Translations under genes and position numbers: made by a program
From: an uncultured Verrucomicrobiales bacterium
Lineage (GTDB): Bacteria > Verrucomicrobiota > Verrucomicrobiia > Verrucomicrobiales > DEV007
Length of the DNA stretch: 64,000 nt
Direction: 5' to 3'
Assembly (NCBI GenBank): GCA_938091905.1
Contig: CALKOM010000134.1
Location: 1 to 64,000, forward strand
Notes under the pieces: generated by a model
Database searches by the model: none
What the model was told of the DNA's origin: nothing
Seen by the model: the letters and a program-made list of their open reading frames with translations, nothing else
Shown: positions 31,236 through 41,537 of the stretch, piece after piece
Position numbering within the stretch: the stretch's first letter is position 1
Layout of the letters: every line of letters begins with the position of its first letter

Positions 31236-32648
31236 ATGTCTTTCGCTCAGCCAACCCGTCGCCAGATGCTCCAACAGGTTTCCTGTGGATTCGGCGGCCT
31301 CGCGCTCGCAGGACTCTGTCAGGGCAAAGCCAGTCCGCTGTCACCGCGCCTCGGCCCAGGCCAAGCCAAGGCCAAGCGCGTCATCTTCATCTTCATGCAA
31401 GGCGGCCCCAGCCAGGTCGACTCGTTTGACTACAAGCCTGAGCTCGAGAAATCTCACGGCAAAGATTACGACTTCGTCGGCGTCCGCTTTGGCACGTTTG
31501 GTCAGGCGAGCAAACGAAAGTTGATGAAGCCGTTATGGGATTTCCATCAACGAGGACAAACGGGCCGCTGGGTGTCTGACCTCTTCCCAGAGATTGGCAA
31601 GCATGTGGATGATCTCTGTTTCCTCCACGGCATGCACACAGAAGGCGTGGCCCACGGTCCCTCCACGCTCTTCCTCCATACGGGGGCAACCAACCTCGTG
31701 CGCCCATCCATGGGTAGCTGGATCAGCTACGGACTTGGAACAGAGAACCAGAACGTCCCTGGCTTCATCACCATCAATCCCGCTGATAGCAAAGGCGGCC
31801 CTCGCAACTACTCCAACGCCTTCCTCCCGGCCGTGCATCAAGGCACCGCTATCGGCAGCGCCGGTCAGTCGGCCAAGAACGCACGTTTCCGTAACATCGT
31901 GAACCAACATTGGGAACACGATGTCCAACAACGGCAGTTCGCTCTGCTTCAGTCCCTGAATCGAGCTCAACAGGCCCAGCGACCGTCTGCCGTCGCCAAT
32001 GATCCAACGGAGGCCATGATCGAGTCCTACGAACTCGCCTGGCGCATGCAGATGAACGCCCCGGGCCTCACCGATCTCTCGTCAGAAGATCCTAACACAC
32101 TTGCTAACTATGGCATCGGGGAGAAGGCCACGGACGACTTCGGCCGCCAATGCCTCCTCGCCCGACGCATGGCCGAGGAAGGCGTCCGCTTCATCCAGGT
32201 CAACTACTCAGACGAATCCCCCACCCCGCGTTGGGACCAACATAGCAATATGCCCAAGCACCTGGAGCACGCGCGAGCCACCGACAAACCGGTAGCCGGT
32301 TTGTTAGCCGACTTAAAAGCGCGAGGCCTCCTAGAAGACACCCTAGTCTGGTGGGGCGGCGAATTCGGACGCACCCCATTCTCACAGAACAACGACGGCC
32401 GCGACCACAACCCACGCGGCTTCACAGTCTGGCTCGCTGGCGGCGGCGTAAAAGCAGGCCTCGCCTACGGCTCCACGGACGAACTAGGCGACACCGCCGT
32501 CGACGGTCGCATCCACATGCACGACCTCCACGCCACGATTCTCCACCAGCTAGGCCTCGATCACGAGCAGCTTACCTACCGCTACGCTGGACGAGACTTC
32601 CGCCTAACAGATGTGCACGGCAAAGTCGTACACGAGATCCTCGCTTAG
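31236..32648 (+). CDS. DUF1501 protein (Tat-exported)
   Basis: TRRQML Tat motif, FMQGGPSQVDSFD, GEFGRTP, GRDHNP, HDLHATILH, RLTDVHG. Confidence 0.93.
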   Translation: MSFAQPTRRQMLQQVSCGFGGLALAGLCQGKASPLSPRLGPGQAKAKRVIFIFMQGGPSQVDSFDYKPELEKSHGKDYDFVGVRFGTFGQASKRKLMKPLWDFHQRGQTGRWVSDLFPEIGKHVDDLCFLHGMHTEGVAHGPSTLFLHTGATNLVRPSMGSWISYGLGTENQNVPGFITINPADSKGGPRNYSNAFLPAVHQGTAIGSAGQSAKNARFRNIVNQHWEHDVQQRQFALLQSLNRAQQAQRPSAVANDPTEAMIESYELAWRMQMNAPGLTDLSSEDPNTLANYGIGEKATDDFGRQCLLARRMAEEGVRFIQVNYSDESPTPRWDQHSNMPKHLEHARATDKPVAGLLADLKARGLLEDTLVWWGGEFGRTPFSQNNDGRDHNPRGFTVWLAGGGVKAGLAYGSTDELGDTAVDGRIHMHDLHATILHQLGLDHEQLTYRYAGRDFRLTDVHGKVVHEILA

Positions 32649-33691
32649 TTCTCTTCATGGAAGTAGATCTTCACGAACTTCATGTGCTTATCGTCATCAA
32701 AGCCGCGTTCTAGAAACAACTCGGACTGCTTCACGAAACCGCTGGAAAAGCGTATGTCCGCTCCAGTATCTAGCTTGAGCCTTGCCTTGAGACGTTTCTT
32801 GGCTTTCTGCGCAGCATCTTTGACCACTTCAAACTTGTCGTCCAGCTCTTGGCCATGTTCGTCTTCGTACTCGGCTTTAAAACTATCAAACTGCTCAATG
32901 AGCTCAGGTTCTTCTAGGGCCGTCTTTTTGAAATCGTCGAGTTCGAACTCCCGATTCTCTTCCATATAGTCGAAAGCTCGATTGGCAATCTCGACTCGTT
33001 GCTCTCCCTTCACTTCATCGGGCAGGCCTTTCTCGGCAAAGGCCACGCACATCTCTGAGTAACGGCGCGTGTGATAGTCATCGCCATCAGACGGCTGCAC
33101 GCCGAGAAAGTCACGAATCCAGAATTGAGTCCCTCCACCCGTTTTATCGAAAACGTAGACGAGATAACCCTCGTCCACTTTGCTATTCACAATGAGACAG
33201 CCTTTGTCTATCTTGTCAGGATAAATACCCTCCTGCGTGACCAAGCAAAGATCGTCGTCCTTCACCGCGATCTGCAGAAACGGCACCTTACTCTCGGATT
33301 TGATGATACAAAGGCCCTGAGTCGGCTCGCCATTGACGATCAAGTTTTCTAGCAAGCCCACACACAAGTCACCAGACTTGATATTCGGATGGCGAGACTC
33401 CGTGTAAAGGTGTTGGGCAATCTCACTGCTTCGCGCCAGCAACTCTTCTTTGTTCTCGAAGATGGCCTTGGCATGCCCATAAACCGCATTCGCCTCCAAC
33501 ACGGCAAACTGATGAAGCTCCAAAGAACGAAAGGACTTGAGAAAACAAATCGTCAGAAGTTCCGCCTCTTCTTCGTCAAAGTGACACAGCTGCTTCGATG
33601 TTTGCAGGGGTTCTTCTCGAAGTTGATTGCCCACTTTGGCCAGGCCCATGCTGGTGAGATGAGCATCTTTCAAGTGAACGGTGGAAGGCAT
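32645..33691 (-). CDS. Nucleoid-associated protein (37-kDa NA37/YejK-like family)
   Basis: IAQHLYTESRHPNIKSGDL, GIYPDKIDKGCLI, FWIRDFLGV, LKLDTG. Confidence 0.78.
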   Translation of the reverse strand: MPSTVHLKDAHLTSMGLAKVGNQLREEPLQTSKQLCHFDEEEAELLTICFLKSFRSLELHQFAVLEANAVYGHAKAIFENKEELLARSSEIAQHLYTESRHPNIKSGDLCVGLLENLIVNGEPTQGLCIIKSESKVPFLQIAVKDDDLCLVTQEGIYPDKIDKGCLIVNSKVDEGYLVYVFDKTGGGTQFWIRDFLGVQPSDGDDYHTRRYSEMCVAFAEKGLPDEVKGEQRVEIANRAFDYMEENREFELDDFKKTALEEPELIEQFDSFKAEYEDEHGQELDDKFEVVKDAAQKAKKRLKARLKLDTGADIRFSSGFVKQSELFLERGFDDDKHMKFVKIYFHEEN

Positions 33692-33823
33692 AGAAATGAG
33701 GATCGCTGGGTTGAGGACGGGCGCTATCATGCATCAAGTTGGCGGTTGATCCAACGCCCATCTGCAATCAACGACCCGTTTTTAGTTGAGTCTCTAGAAG
33801 CACCTCCGTAAATTTTCTCTACA

Positions 33824-34906
33824 ATGAATCGACGCCAGTTTCTCACCTCTGCCACGACCACTGCAGCCACTCTAGGATCTAGCCGCATCGCACTTGCTGC
33901 TGATGGCCAGAAGGCTCCGCTCAAGTTGGGATTCGACAATTTCTCCATCCGCGACCTCGGCTGGAAGGCAGACAAACTGCTTGATTACGCATCCGAGCAG
34001 AAAGTCGACACTATCCTCTTCTCAGACCTCGATGTCTACGAGAGCCATGACGAAGCCTACCTCAAAGATTTGAAAGCGAAAGCCGATGGACTTGGCCTTG
34101 AGATTCAGGCCGGCACTGGAGGCATCTGCCCGAGCGCGACGCGCTTCAATGACAAATGGGGCACTGCCGAAGAGCACTTGAAACTTACTCTCAAAGTTGC
34201 CCATACTCTAGGCTCGAAGGCAGCTCGATGTTACCAAGGCTTTAGTGGTGATCGCAAATCAGAAGGCGGCCTTGCCGCACGAATGAAAGACACGGTCAAG
34301 GTCTGTAAAGCGGTTGAAGACTACGCGAAGGAAGTAGGTGTGAAGATCGCCATCGAAAATCATGCCGGCGACATGCAAGGCTGGCAACTTCGCGACCTGA
34401 TCGAGGAGGCTGGCGCTGACTATGTCGGCGCTACGATCGATTCCGGCAATGCCACGTGGACATTGGAAGATCCGTTAATCAATTTGGAGACCCTGGCCCC
34501 CTATGTGGTATCGTCAGGGATCCGTGATTCGATGGTGTGGGAAACAGAGAATGGAGCTGCGGTACAATGGACGTCTATGGGCGATGGCAACGCCGATATG
34601 AAGACGTATGTCGCACGTTTTGCCGAACTCTGCCCAGACGCGCCTCTCCAACTAGAAATCATTTCCGGCTTTGCGAAGAACTTTGATTACCTCAATGCCG
34701 ATTTTTGGAATGGTTATGAAGACATTCGTGGACCCGAGTTTGCAAGCTTCCTCAAACTCGCCAAGAGCGGCAAAGCCATGGCACCGTTTAAACCCGCAGA
34801 CGGTGTCGACAAAGGTAAGGCACAGCAAGACTATCAGAAATCTCAGCTTGAGCGTAGCATTCGCTACTGCAAGGAGACGCTCAAGATTGGCCGCCGCCAA
34901 GCCTAA
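33824..34906 (+). CDS. Tat-exported sugar phosphate isomerase/epimerase (TIM barrel)
   Basis: NRRQFL Tat motif; [19 protein letters not shown]. Confidence 0.85.
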   Translation: MNRRQFLTSATTTAATLGSSRIALAADGQKAPLKLGFDNFSIRDLGWKADKLLDYASEQKVDTILFSDLDVYESHDEAYLKDLKAKADGLGLEIQAGTGGICPSATRFNDKWGTAEEHLKLTLKVAHTLGSKAARCYQGFSGDRKSEGGLAARMKDTVKVCKAVEDYAKEVGVKIAIENHAGDMQGWQLRDLIEEAGADYVGATIDSGNATWTLEDPLINLETLAPYVVSSGIRDSMVWETENGAAVQWTSMGDGNADMKTYVARFAELCPDAPLQLEIISGFAKNFDYLNADFWNGYEDIRGPEFASFLKLAKSGKAMAPFKPADGVDKGKAQQDYQKSQLERSIRYCKETLKIGRRQA

Positions 34907-36378
34907 ATTGCCGCAAACGCGCTCTCGAACCGACTCTGTAGATCCTCGAGCGGCTCCATTCCCACGGCGAGCCGGATCAGGTTACGAGAGACGCCACAGG
35001 ATTCTGCCCAGGCAAGTTCTTCGTAGTGTGCGAGCAAAGTGTAAGGACACGCGAGCGTGAAGTTCGTTCCCAAGCTGGGCCCCTTGCTCACGCGAAGAGC
35101 GTCATAAAATTTACGTGCCGCCTCTTCACCTCCACGGAGGACAAGGGAGATGAGCCCTCCATTGCCTCCTGTGGATCGCCGCAATCGCTCATAGTTCGCG
35201 ACGGTCTCACGGTCCGGGTAATAGATCCGTTCGACCTCAGCGCGCTCAGCGAGGAAGCTCGCCAACTGCTTTGCATTGGCATTGATAACCTGCATGCGCT
35301 GGGGGAAATCTTTGCTGTTTGTTAGAAGCACGTCCACATCTAGAGGATGCAATGGAGCGGACTCATCTTCTGACAAGAATCGCTGAAACTGCTCGGCGAA
35401 AGGGCTGGTCTCACTCACCCAAACTGATCCAGCCATCACGTCGCCCATCCCAGAGATGTTCTTTGTCAGGCTTGTCGTTACAAGATCCGCATACGGATAG
35501 ACATCAACATTGTGAATCGTCCCCAACGTGTCATCGACAATCAAAGGGACCCCAGCAGCCCGACACAACCGAGAGACTTCCGGGAGATCGATGGTTCGGG
35601 TCAAAGGATTACAGGGAATCTCACAAAAGACTGCACGAATCGACTCATCACGCAAATACCGTTCGAGACCCGAGACCAAATCATTACCCAACAAAAGATG
35701 AGTCCCCTCACCGAGATGCTTTTGAATACAGAAGACATCCACATACGGAAACTCTAGCTGTATCGTCTTGCCAGGCGCACCACCATCGATGGCTGCACGG
35801 AAGGCAGCAAAGATCGCAGCCATGCCACTCGCATAGAGATGCCCATTTGAAGACGACTGATCTGACCAGGACGCGAGACGCTTAAGAAGTTGCTGTGCAG
35901 CCTTGCCATCGGCAGAAGCCTCCTGGCCAGTGAGCATGGCCTCTGCCTGCCGACTACTCACGATCTCACCTGTATACCGCCAGTACCGTAAGGCCTTCGA
36001 TCTTGAGAACTTCGGGAATACCAGCGCACAAGCCTCACTCTCGGGCCACGCTTCGATTCTCGATTCTACGCAGAGGAAGTCTCGACATCGTTCACAGGCC
36101 GCCTTGCTACCAAAGACCAGCGAGGCTTCACCCGCTCTGGCAAATCGCCGGGTTGCCTCGTCAAACAGGGCCTGGACCTTGGGGTGGCAGAAGAACCGTG
36201 GATAGCCACACTGCAGGGCTCGCATAACCTTAGCGTCACCCTCTTCGTAGCCGACCACACTGTCCCAGGTTGGCATGGCCACCGATACCGCATGCGCGGA
36301 ATCAGGAATGGGTATTCCGAGATCCGAGGACTGCCAAGGGGGCTGGGTAAAGGAATCGCGCACGCTGCATGAAGACAT
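34903..36378 (-). CDS. PLP-dependent Cys/Met metabolism enzyme, cystathionine gamma-synthase-like (long, fungal Str2-like N-terminus)
   Basis: [38 protein letters not shown] (PLP Lys), [11 protein letters not shown]; start uncertain. Confidence 0.85.
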   Translation of the reverse strand: MSSCSVRDSFTQPPWQSSDLGIPIPDSAHAVSVAMPTWDSVVGYEEGDAKVMRALQCGYPRFFCHPKVQALFDEATRRFARAGEASLVFGSKAACERCRDFLCVESRIEAWPESEACALVFPKFSRSKALRYWRYTGEIVSSRQAEAMLTGQEASADGKAAQQLLKRLASWSDQSSSNGHLYASGMAAIFAAFRAAIDGGAPGKTIQLEFPYVDVFCIQKHLGEGTHLLLGNDLVSGLERYLRDESIRAVFCEIPCNPLTRTIDLPEVSRLCRAAGVPLIVDDTLGTIHNVDVYPYADLVTTSLTKNISGMGDVMAGSVWVSETSPFAEQFQRFLSEDESAPLHPLDVDVLLTNSKDFPQRMQVINANAKQLASFLAERAEVERIYYPDRETVANYERLRRSTGGNGGLISLVLRGGEEAARKFYDALRVSKGPSLGTNFTLACPYTLLAHYEELAWAESCGVSRNLIRLAVGMEPLEDLQSRFESAFAAI

Positions 36379-36669
36379 AGAAGCGTTTTCCCGTCTGTCC
36401 ATCGGCAAGAACGCTTGTCTCATGCGGTCTTGCGCAACGCCGCGCTTCTCGCTAGCGTGCATGCGTTAGTCTACATGAGAAAAGTAATGAATTCTTCGAA
36501 TAAAAAATCCACAGATCTCGTCCATTACCTGATGGCCATTTCAATGAAGTGCCTCGGGAAACGGATCACCATTTTTCTTCAGAGGTACTCCTTAGAGATG
36601 ACCGGTTCTAACACCGCTCCATTCATGATTGGATCGAGCCCTAGAAACCACTCACCCTATAGACTTATC

Positions 36670-37200
36670 ATGTTCACTATATTGACATCTATGTCCGCTG
36701 GCATCGCCCTGGCATTCAGCTCTTGCAGCATGTCATCGCATTCCTCTCAGGTCCGCGCCCAAGAGCGCTACCATTACAATTTCGTACACGGACAGACGGC
36801 TCTCATTCAGCATGGTGTAGCCTGGGCCCCGACCAAAGCACCCGCACCCGTTCATCGTGCCATGGAGGCTGGCAACTTGCTCCAAGGAAAGCCCTACCGT
36901 TGGGGTGGTGGCCACGCTAGCTTCGAAGACACAGGCTACGACTGCTCCGGAACTGTTTCTAACATTTTGCACAAAGCAGGTCTTACCAGTCGTACCATGA
37001 CCTCTTCCGAGTTCAAGAACTACGGATCCCCAGGTCACGGGCGCTGGATCACGATCTACGCTCGCGATGGCCATGTCTTTATGACGATCGCAGGACTCCG
37101 CATCGATACGGGCGGGACCAAAGAAGATACCGGCCCCGTCTGGAAACCGTTCAGCCGAAAGACGTCCTCGTTCATCGTCCGTCACCCACCAGGCCTCTAG
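36670..37200 (+). CDS. NlpC/P60-type peptidoglycan endopeptidase lipoprotein
   Basis: Lipobox-like FSSC; PYRWGGGH, GYDCSGTVS, GHVF; start uncertain. Confidence 0.85.
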   Translation: MFTILTSMSAGIALAFSSCSMSSHSSQVRAQERYHYNFVHGQTALIQHGVAWAPTKAPAPVHRAMEAGNLLQGKPYRWGGGHASFEDTGYDCSGTVSNILHKAGLTSRTMTSSEFKNYGSPGHGRWITIYARDGHVFMTIAGLRIDTGGTKEDTGPVWKPFSRKTSSFIVRHPPGL

Positions 37201-37288
37201 GCAAATATATGTCACACTCAGGCACAAAGGGTTCAAATTCCCTGCACATGCTACTCTAGCAGGCTTTTCCTTCGTAATTATATGAGAC

Positions 37289-39112
37289 CTACTTCTTATC
37301 CTTGCTAGGATCAAAGAAGATGCGAATATCTGGCTCATCCTCTCCACCGATGACTTGTTGAGCTCTAATGAGCGCATCACGCGTAGAAAGGTTTGGATTG
37401 AAAGGGTTGTTAAGAAACAGATTCCGGTCTTTCTCCTCAGTTCGATAAATCTCAGGATCGTCATCGAGAACTTCCAGGAGACCACTGTTCTTCAACACCT
37501 CATGAACCTCGGGGCTCGCGCCACTGATAATAAGGTGTCGCTCGCGTTCGCGCATGAAACGAATGAGCTCTTCGAGAGCCATCACACTAGTGGCATCGAG
37601 ATGGCGGGCGTTCTTCAGCCGGAGAATGATGACCTTGATGTTGGGATCAAGACAGACATGCTGAATTTGCGTCCTAAACAACTCGGCGGCACCAAAAAAA
37701 AGCTCCCCCTCCACATGCACAATGGAAATCGCATTTCGCTGCTCGCGTTTCTCAGCTTCAGCAAGCTGACCTTCCTGATTGAATTCATACTCGGTTAGAT
37801 GCGGCTTGCTTGCCTTCTTCAGGTAGAGCGCGATTGAGACAGCGGTTCCCAGAAAGATTGCGATATCTAACCGTGCCACCAACGCAGCGATTAATGTCGT
37901 CGTGAGCACGGCTGCATCTGAGCCGGTCGCATTCATACAAATTCGAATGCTTCGCGGGTTGATCAAAGTAACCGCCACACAGATGACAAGCGCAGCCAGA
38001 CAGGCTTTCGGAATATAGGCCACGAGATTCCCCAACAAGACGGCACCTAGTAAGCAGATCAGCCCACTGTAGACACTACTCAGGCGAGTGATCGCGCCAG
38101 AAGCAAAGTTCAAAGCGGAGCGAGTGAGAGATCCAGATGCCGGCATGCCACTAAGAAAGGAGCCACAGACATTGGCCACGCCTACACTCAGCATGTCTTG
38201 GTTAAGATTGGAAGGTTCGCCTGTCTGTCCCGCCAAGGTCTTCGACATGACCGAAGTTTCGAGCGCGGCAAGGAAGGAGACGCCCAATGCCGTACCAAAG
38301 AGGAGACTAATGGTATTGAAGAATTCTGCCCCGCTCAGCTCCGGCATGGCAGGCAAGATCTGCGCGAGGCTGAAGGTATCACCACTAAAGTCTTTGATAG
38401 ATTCGAAGTCCGTCACGTGACCTTTGAGCAAAACAGCGATTAGAGTCACTAACACCAAGGTCGCAGGAAAGGCTAACCGTTTAATCAAACGGCGAAGGGT
38501 GAAATAGAGCGTTGCCGTAAGACCACCGATCGCGAGGGGCGGCCAGGAAACCTCGCTCCCTGCCTTACTCAGGCCTAAAATCACTTCAACGAAGGTCGTG
38601 CTTTCTTTAGGATCTAAATCCACCCCAAGGACATGTTTCATCTGGTTCGCGATGATCAAGATAGCGGCGCCCGTGATGTAGCCCACCACCACACTTCGAC
38701 TCACGTACTGCACAAGATCAGCAATTCGGAGGAAGGCCCCGGTGATCAGAATAAGCCCCACCAACAAGACTAACAACGGCATGAGAGCTATCGAGTAGGC
38801 TCCCATCGTGACAAAGACGAGAAAGGCCGTGGCATTCGTAGGCCCCAGCACTGTGTAAGATGATCCTGATAAGATTGGAGCGATAATCGAGGCGATGATC
38901 GAACAAGTAATCCCGTAATAGACCGGCAATCCAGCCAAGGATGCGTAGGCCATGCCCTGAGGAATGGCTAACAACGCGACATTCAAGGCTGCTCGAATAT
39001 CGGAGCCGAACCGTTTTCCATTGTACCCGCGGAAACTCTTACCAATAGGAAACGTTTCCAAGTCGTTATCCACGACCAGTCGCTTCATTTGGCGAAAGAG
39101 AATTCCTAACAT
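37289..39112 (-). CDS. SulP-family anion transporter with STAS domain
   Basis: IPQGMAYASLAGLP, GPTNA, SGSLTRSALN, GELFFGAA, LDATS. Confidence 0.93.
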   Translation of the reverse strand: MLGILFRQMKRLVVDNDLETFPIGKSFRGYNGKRFGSDIRAALNVALLAIPQGMAYASLAGLPVYYGITCSIIASIIAPILSGSSYTVLGPTNATAFLVFVTMGAYSIALMPLLVLLVGLILITGAFLRIADLVQYVSRSVVVGYITGAAILIIANQMKHVLGVDLDPKESTTFVEVILGLSKAGSEVSWPPLAIGGLTATLYFTLRRLIKRLAFPATLVLVTLIAVLLKGHVTDFESIKDFSGDTFSLAQILPAMPELSGAEFFNTISLLFGTALGVSFLAALETSVMSKTLAGQTGEPSNLNQDMLSVGVANVCGSFLSGMPASGSLTRSALNFASGAITRLSSVYSGLICLLGAVLLGNLVAYIPKACLAALVICVAVTLINPRSIRICMNATGSDAAVLTTTLIAALVARLDIAIFLGTAVSIALYLKKASKPHLTEYEFNQEGQLAEAEKREQRNAISIVHVEGELFFGAAELFRTQIQHVCLDPNIKVIILRLKNARHLDATSVMALEELIRFMRERERHLIISGASPEVHEVLKNSGLLEVLDDDPEIYRTEEKDRNLFLNNPFNPNLSTRDALIRAQQVIGGEDEPDIRIFFDPSKDKK

Positions 39113-39122
39113 CGAGACTGTA

Positions 39123-39461
39123 TTAGGACGATAGACGACCTTGTATCCATTCCATCGCGAAAAACAAGGCTATCGTCAATGCGCAGCAAGCAAGAAGGGC
39201 CAGATAAAAATTCCACTTCGCCTCCAGAAGCTTCGGCAGGACGAGAAACATGGGGAGCGTAGGTAGCACAAACCAGAAAGTCGACGAGGAATGCGTGGCG
39301 ATCTTCGAAGCGGGCTGTCCCTCCACTTGCATCCAGATCATCACCAGAATGGACGTGAATGGCAGGGCCACAATCAGGGCTCCGATTGATGGGCTTCGCT
39401 TTACGATCTCCGAAACCCCGACAATGATCGCAACGGTGACGGCGGTCTTGACGAGAAACAT
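39123..39461 (-). CDS. DUF3147-family small membrane protein
   Basis: SEIVKRSPSIGALIVALPFTS, FWFVLPTLPMF; alternative start 39536. Confidence 0.75.
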   Translation of the reverse strand: MFLVKTAVTVAIIVGVSEIVKRSPSIGALIVALPFTSILVMIWMQVEGQPASKIATHSSSTFWFVLPTLPMFLVLPKLLEAKWNFYLALLACCALTIALFFAMEWIQGRLSS

Positions 39462-39647
39462 CGTATCCCAATTCAGAGGAGCGATACGATCTCCTACCCA
39501 GCCTGCGAGTCTCTTCAGTGAGTCCATAGGATTCATCTTACCACTATGAAGCGCCCCTTGTCAGCTGTCGACGACGCAATGCCATCAGATCGAGTTGAGC
39601 CGTAGAAAGTCATTGAGCCAGCATCCTCATTTCTCCAAGATCAACGC

Positions 39648-41015
39648 ATGCGGGCCCTCCTTCTATTTCTGACGCTCCACTTGGTGGCCCACGCTCAAGA
39701 CCGGACTAACATCATCTTTCTATTGGCTGACGACCTAGGATGGACTGGCCTAAGCGGCTACGGTAGTGACTTCTATGAAAGCCCGAATCTCGACCGGCTT
39801 GCAGCGGAAGGCATGAAGTTCACGGACGCGTATGCGGCATGCACGGTGTGCTCCCCCACCCGCGCTTCGATCATGACGGGGAAATACCCCGCGCGGCTTC
39901 ATCTAACGGATTTCATCGCCGGGCAGAACCGTCCTTGGGCCAAACTCACCGTTCCCAATTGGCAGAAAGGGCTCCTCCACACGCACACCACCCTAGCTGA
40001 GGCCCTCAAGGCTCAAGGCTACCAGACCGCCATGGCCGGCAAGTGGCACTTAGAACGCCCCAACCACAAAGCAAAAGATGCCCCCACCAATCATGGGTTC
40101 GATGTTACCATGCTCCGCCCCCCACGAACACGGGGCTACAAGATGAAAGATGGTCGCTATCTCACTGACTACCTCACTGACCAAGCCGTTGCCTTCATCG
40201 AGAAAGCCTCCAAGAACGAGGCCCCGTTCTTCCTCTACATGTCCTACCACGTTCCCCACACGCCAATCCAAGGGCGCAAGGACTTGGTAGACGCCTTTGA
40301 AAAGAAACGAAATCCCAAGGCGGTGCACCACAATGCCAACTACGCCGCCATGGTCGCCAGTCTAGATCAAAGCGCAGGCCGTCTTCTGCATGCATTGGAT
40401 GCGCTTAAGATTTCCGACAATACCATCGTTGTCTTCACCTCAGACAACGGAGGCCTCACACAACGCTATGGAAGGCATGACGACTTTACCGAGAACCTCC
40501 CATTGCGGCGAGGGAAAGGCTCGGCCTACGAAGGAGGTGTTCGCGTACCTGCCATCATTAAATGGCCTGGGCAAACCAAGCCGGGCACCATCTGCAAGAC
40601 ACCGATCATGACCATAGACTACTTTCCCACCCTCTTGAAAGCGGCTGGAGCACACGGTGAACGATCGACCGATGGACGTGACCTTCTTCCTCTTCTGCAA
40701 GATCCTAGCAGATCACTTGAACGCGATCTCTTCTGGCATTACCCTCACTATCATGCTGGCGGTGACAGCCCGTATTCCGCCATACGTTCAGGCAAATTCC
40801 GTCTGATCGAATTTCATGAAGACCAGACCGTCGCCCTCTACGATCTTTCGAATGACTTAGGAGAGCAGCGAAACCTAGCCGAAGAGCTTCCCGACCAGGC
40901 ACAGGCCCTGCAGCGCAGACTACACCAATGGCAAGAGAGCGTCGGCGCTCAAAAGATGCAGCCAAATCCCGATCACGATACGAGCAAGGCCACGAAAGTT
41001 GTCAAGAAGTCGTAG
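39648..41015 (+). CDS. Secreted formylglycine-dependent (S1) sulfatase
   Basis: LADDLG, CSPTRA (CxPxR), GKWHL, FTSDNGG, GKGSAYEGGVRVP. Confidence 0.95.
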   Translation: MRALLLFLTLHLVAHAQDRTNIIFLLADDLGWTGLSGYGSDFYESPNLDRLAAEGMKFTDAYAACTVCSPTRASIMTGKYPARLHLTDFIAGQNRPWAKLTVPNWQKGLLHTHTTLAEALKAQGYQTAMAGKWHLERPNHKAKDAPTNHGFDVTMLRPPRTRGYKMKDGRYLTDYLTDQAVAFIEKASKNEAPFFLYMSYHVPHTPIQGRKDLVDAFEKKRNPKAVHHNANYAAMVASLDQSAGRLLHALDALKISDNTIVVFTSDNGGLTQRYGRHDDFTENLPLRRGKGSAYEGGVRVPAIIKWPGQTKPGTICKTPIMTIDYFPTLLKAAGAHGERSTDGRDLLPLLQDPSRSLERDLFWHYPHYHAGGDSPYSAIRSGKFRLIEFHEDQTVALYDLSNDLGEQRNLAEELPDQAQALQRRLHQWQESVGAQKMQPNPDHDTSKATKVVKKS

Positions 41016-41201
41016 CCTCGCGATTTTTGTCCTCATTCTCGCTGGCGCTTGGTCGGCAGAGAAGGGAAGCCACGAGCCTTCTCCGGATGGCACATGCCCT
41101 TTGGCTCAACCGTGGCGGGCTCTGGTAGTCGAGAAACAATCGGAGCCACACACCTGCGGCTTGCATACACTATCATCGATCTACAAGGCTCATGGTCTGG
41201 A
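41016..41201 (+). pseudogene. 5' fragment of an exported protein, possibly C39/papain-like peptidase
   Basis: Signal-like LAIFVLILAGAWSA then EKQSEPHTCGLHTLSSIY (Q-x5-CG), cut off at the junction with the remnant below. Confidence 0.35.
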
Positions 41202-41438
41202 TCAGACGCCTGCCGGCTTCACCACCGGATCCAGGCAATCACGAAAGTAGAAAACTCACCGCCTGACCGATTCAAAGCAGAAACTGACATCATCGTGGAA
41301 GACCGTCGCGGCTCGAGGATTATTGAGTGTTTTTTGAAACACGAAGATCTTCCCAACTACCTCGACAACATCGAAGACCTTGCCTCTCTGCCAGGAGCGG
41401 GGTCGTTATAGGACGTCGTCGTGCGCGAAGTGAACTAG
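41202..41438 (+). pseudogene. 3' remnant of a second Verru_Chthon cassette A paralogue
   Basis: Ungapped match to 45483-45719 (42 of 78 aa identical by hand count), same terminal stop position, internal TAG at 41409-41411. Confidence 0.85.
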
Positions 41439-41537
41439 AGTTTTGACGACGGGCCCCTGCGCTCATAGTAAAATCATGTATCCCACTAAAAGTTGTATTT
41501 TTAACTTTTCGAAATCCGGCAAATCAATAGTTTATCC

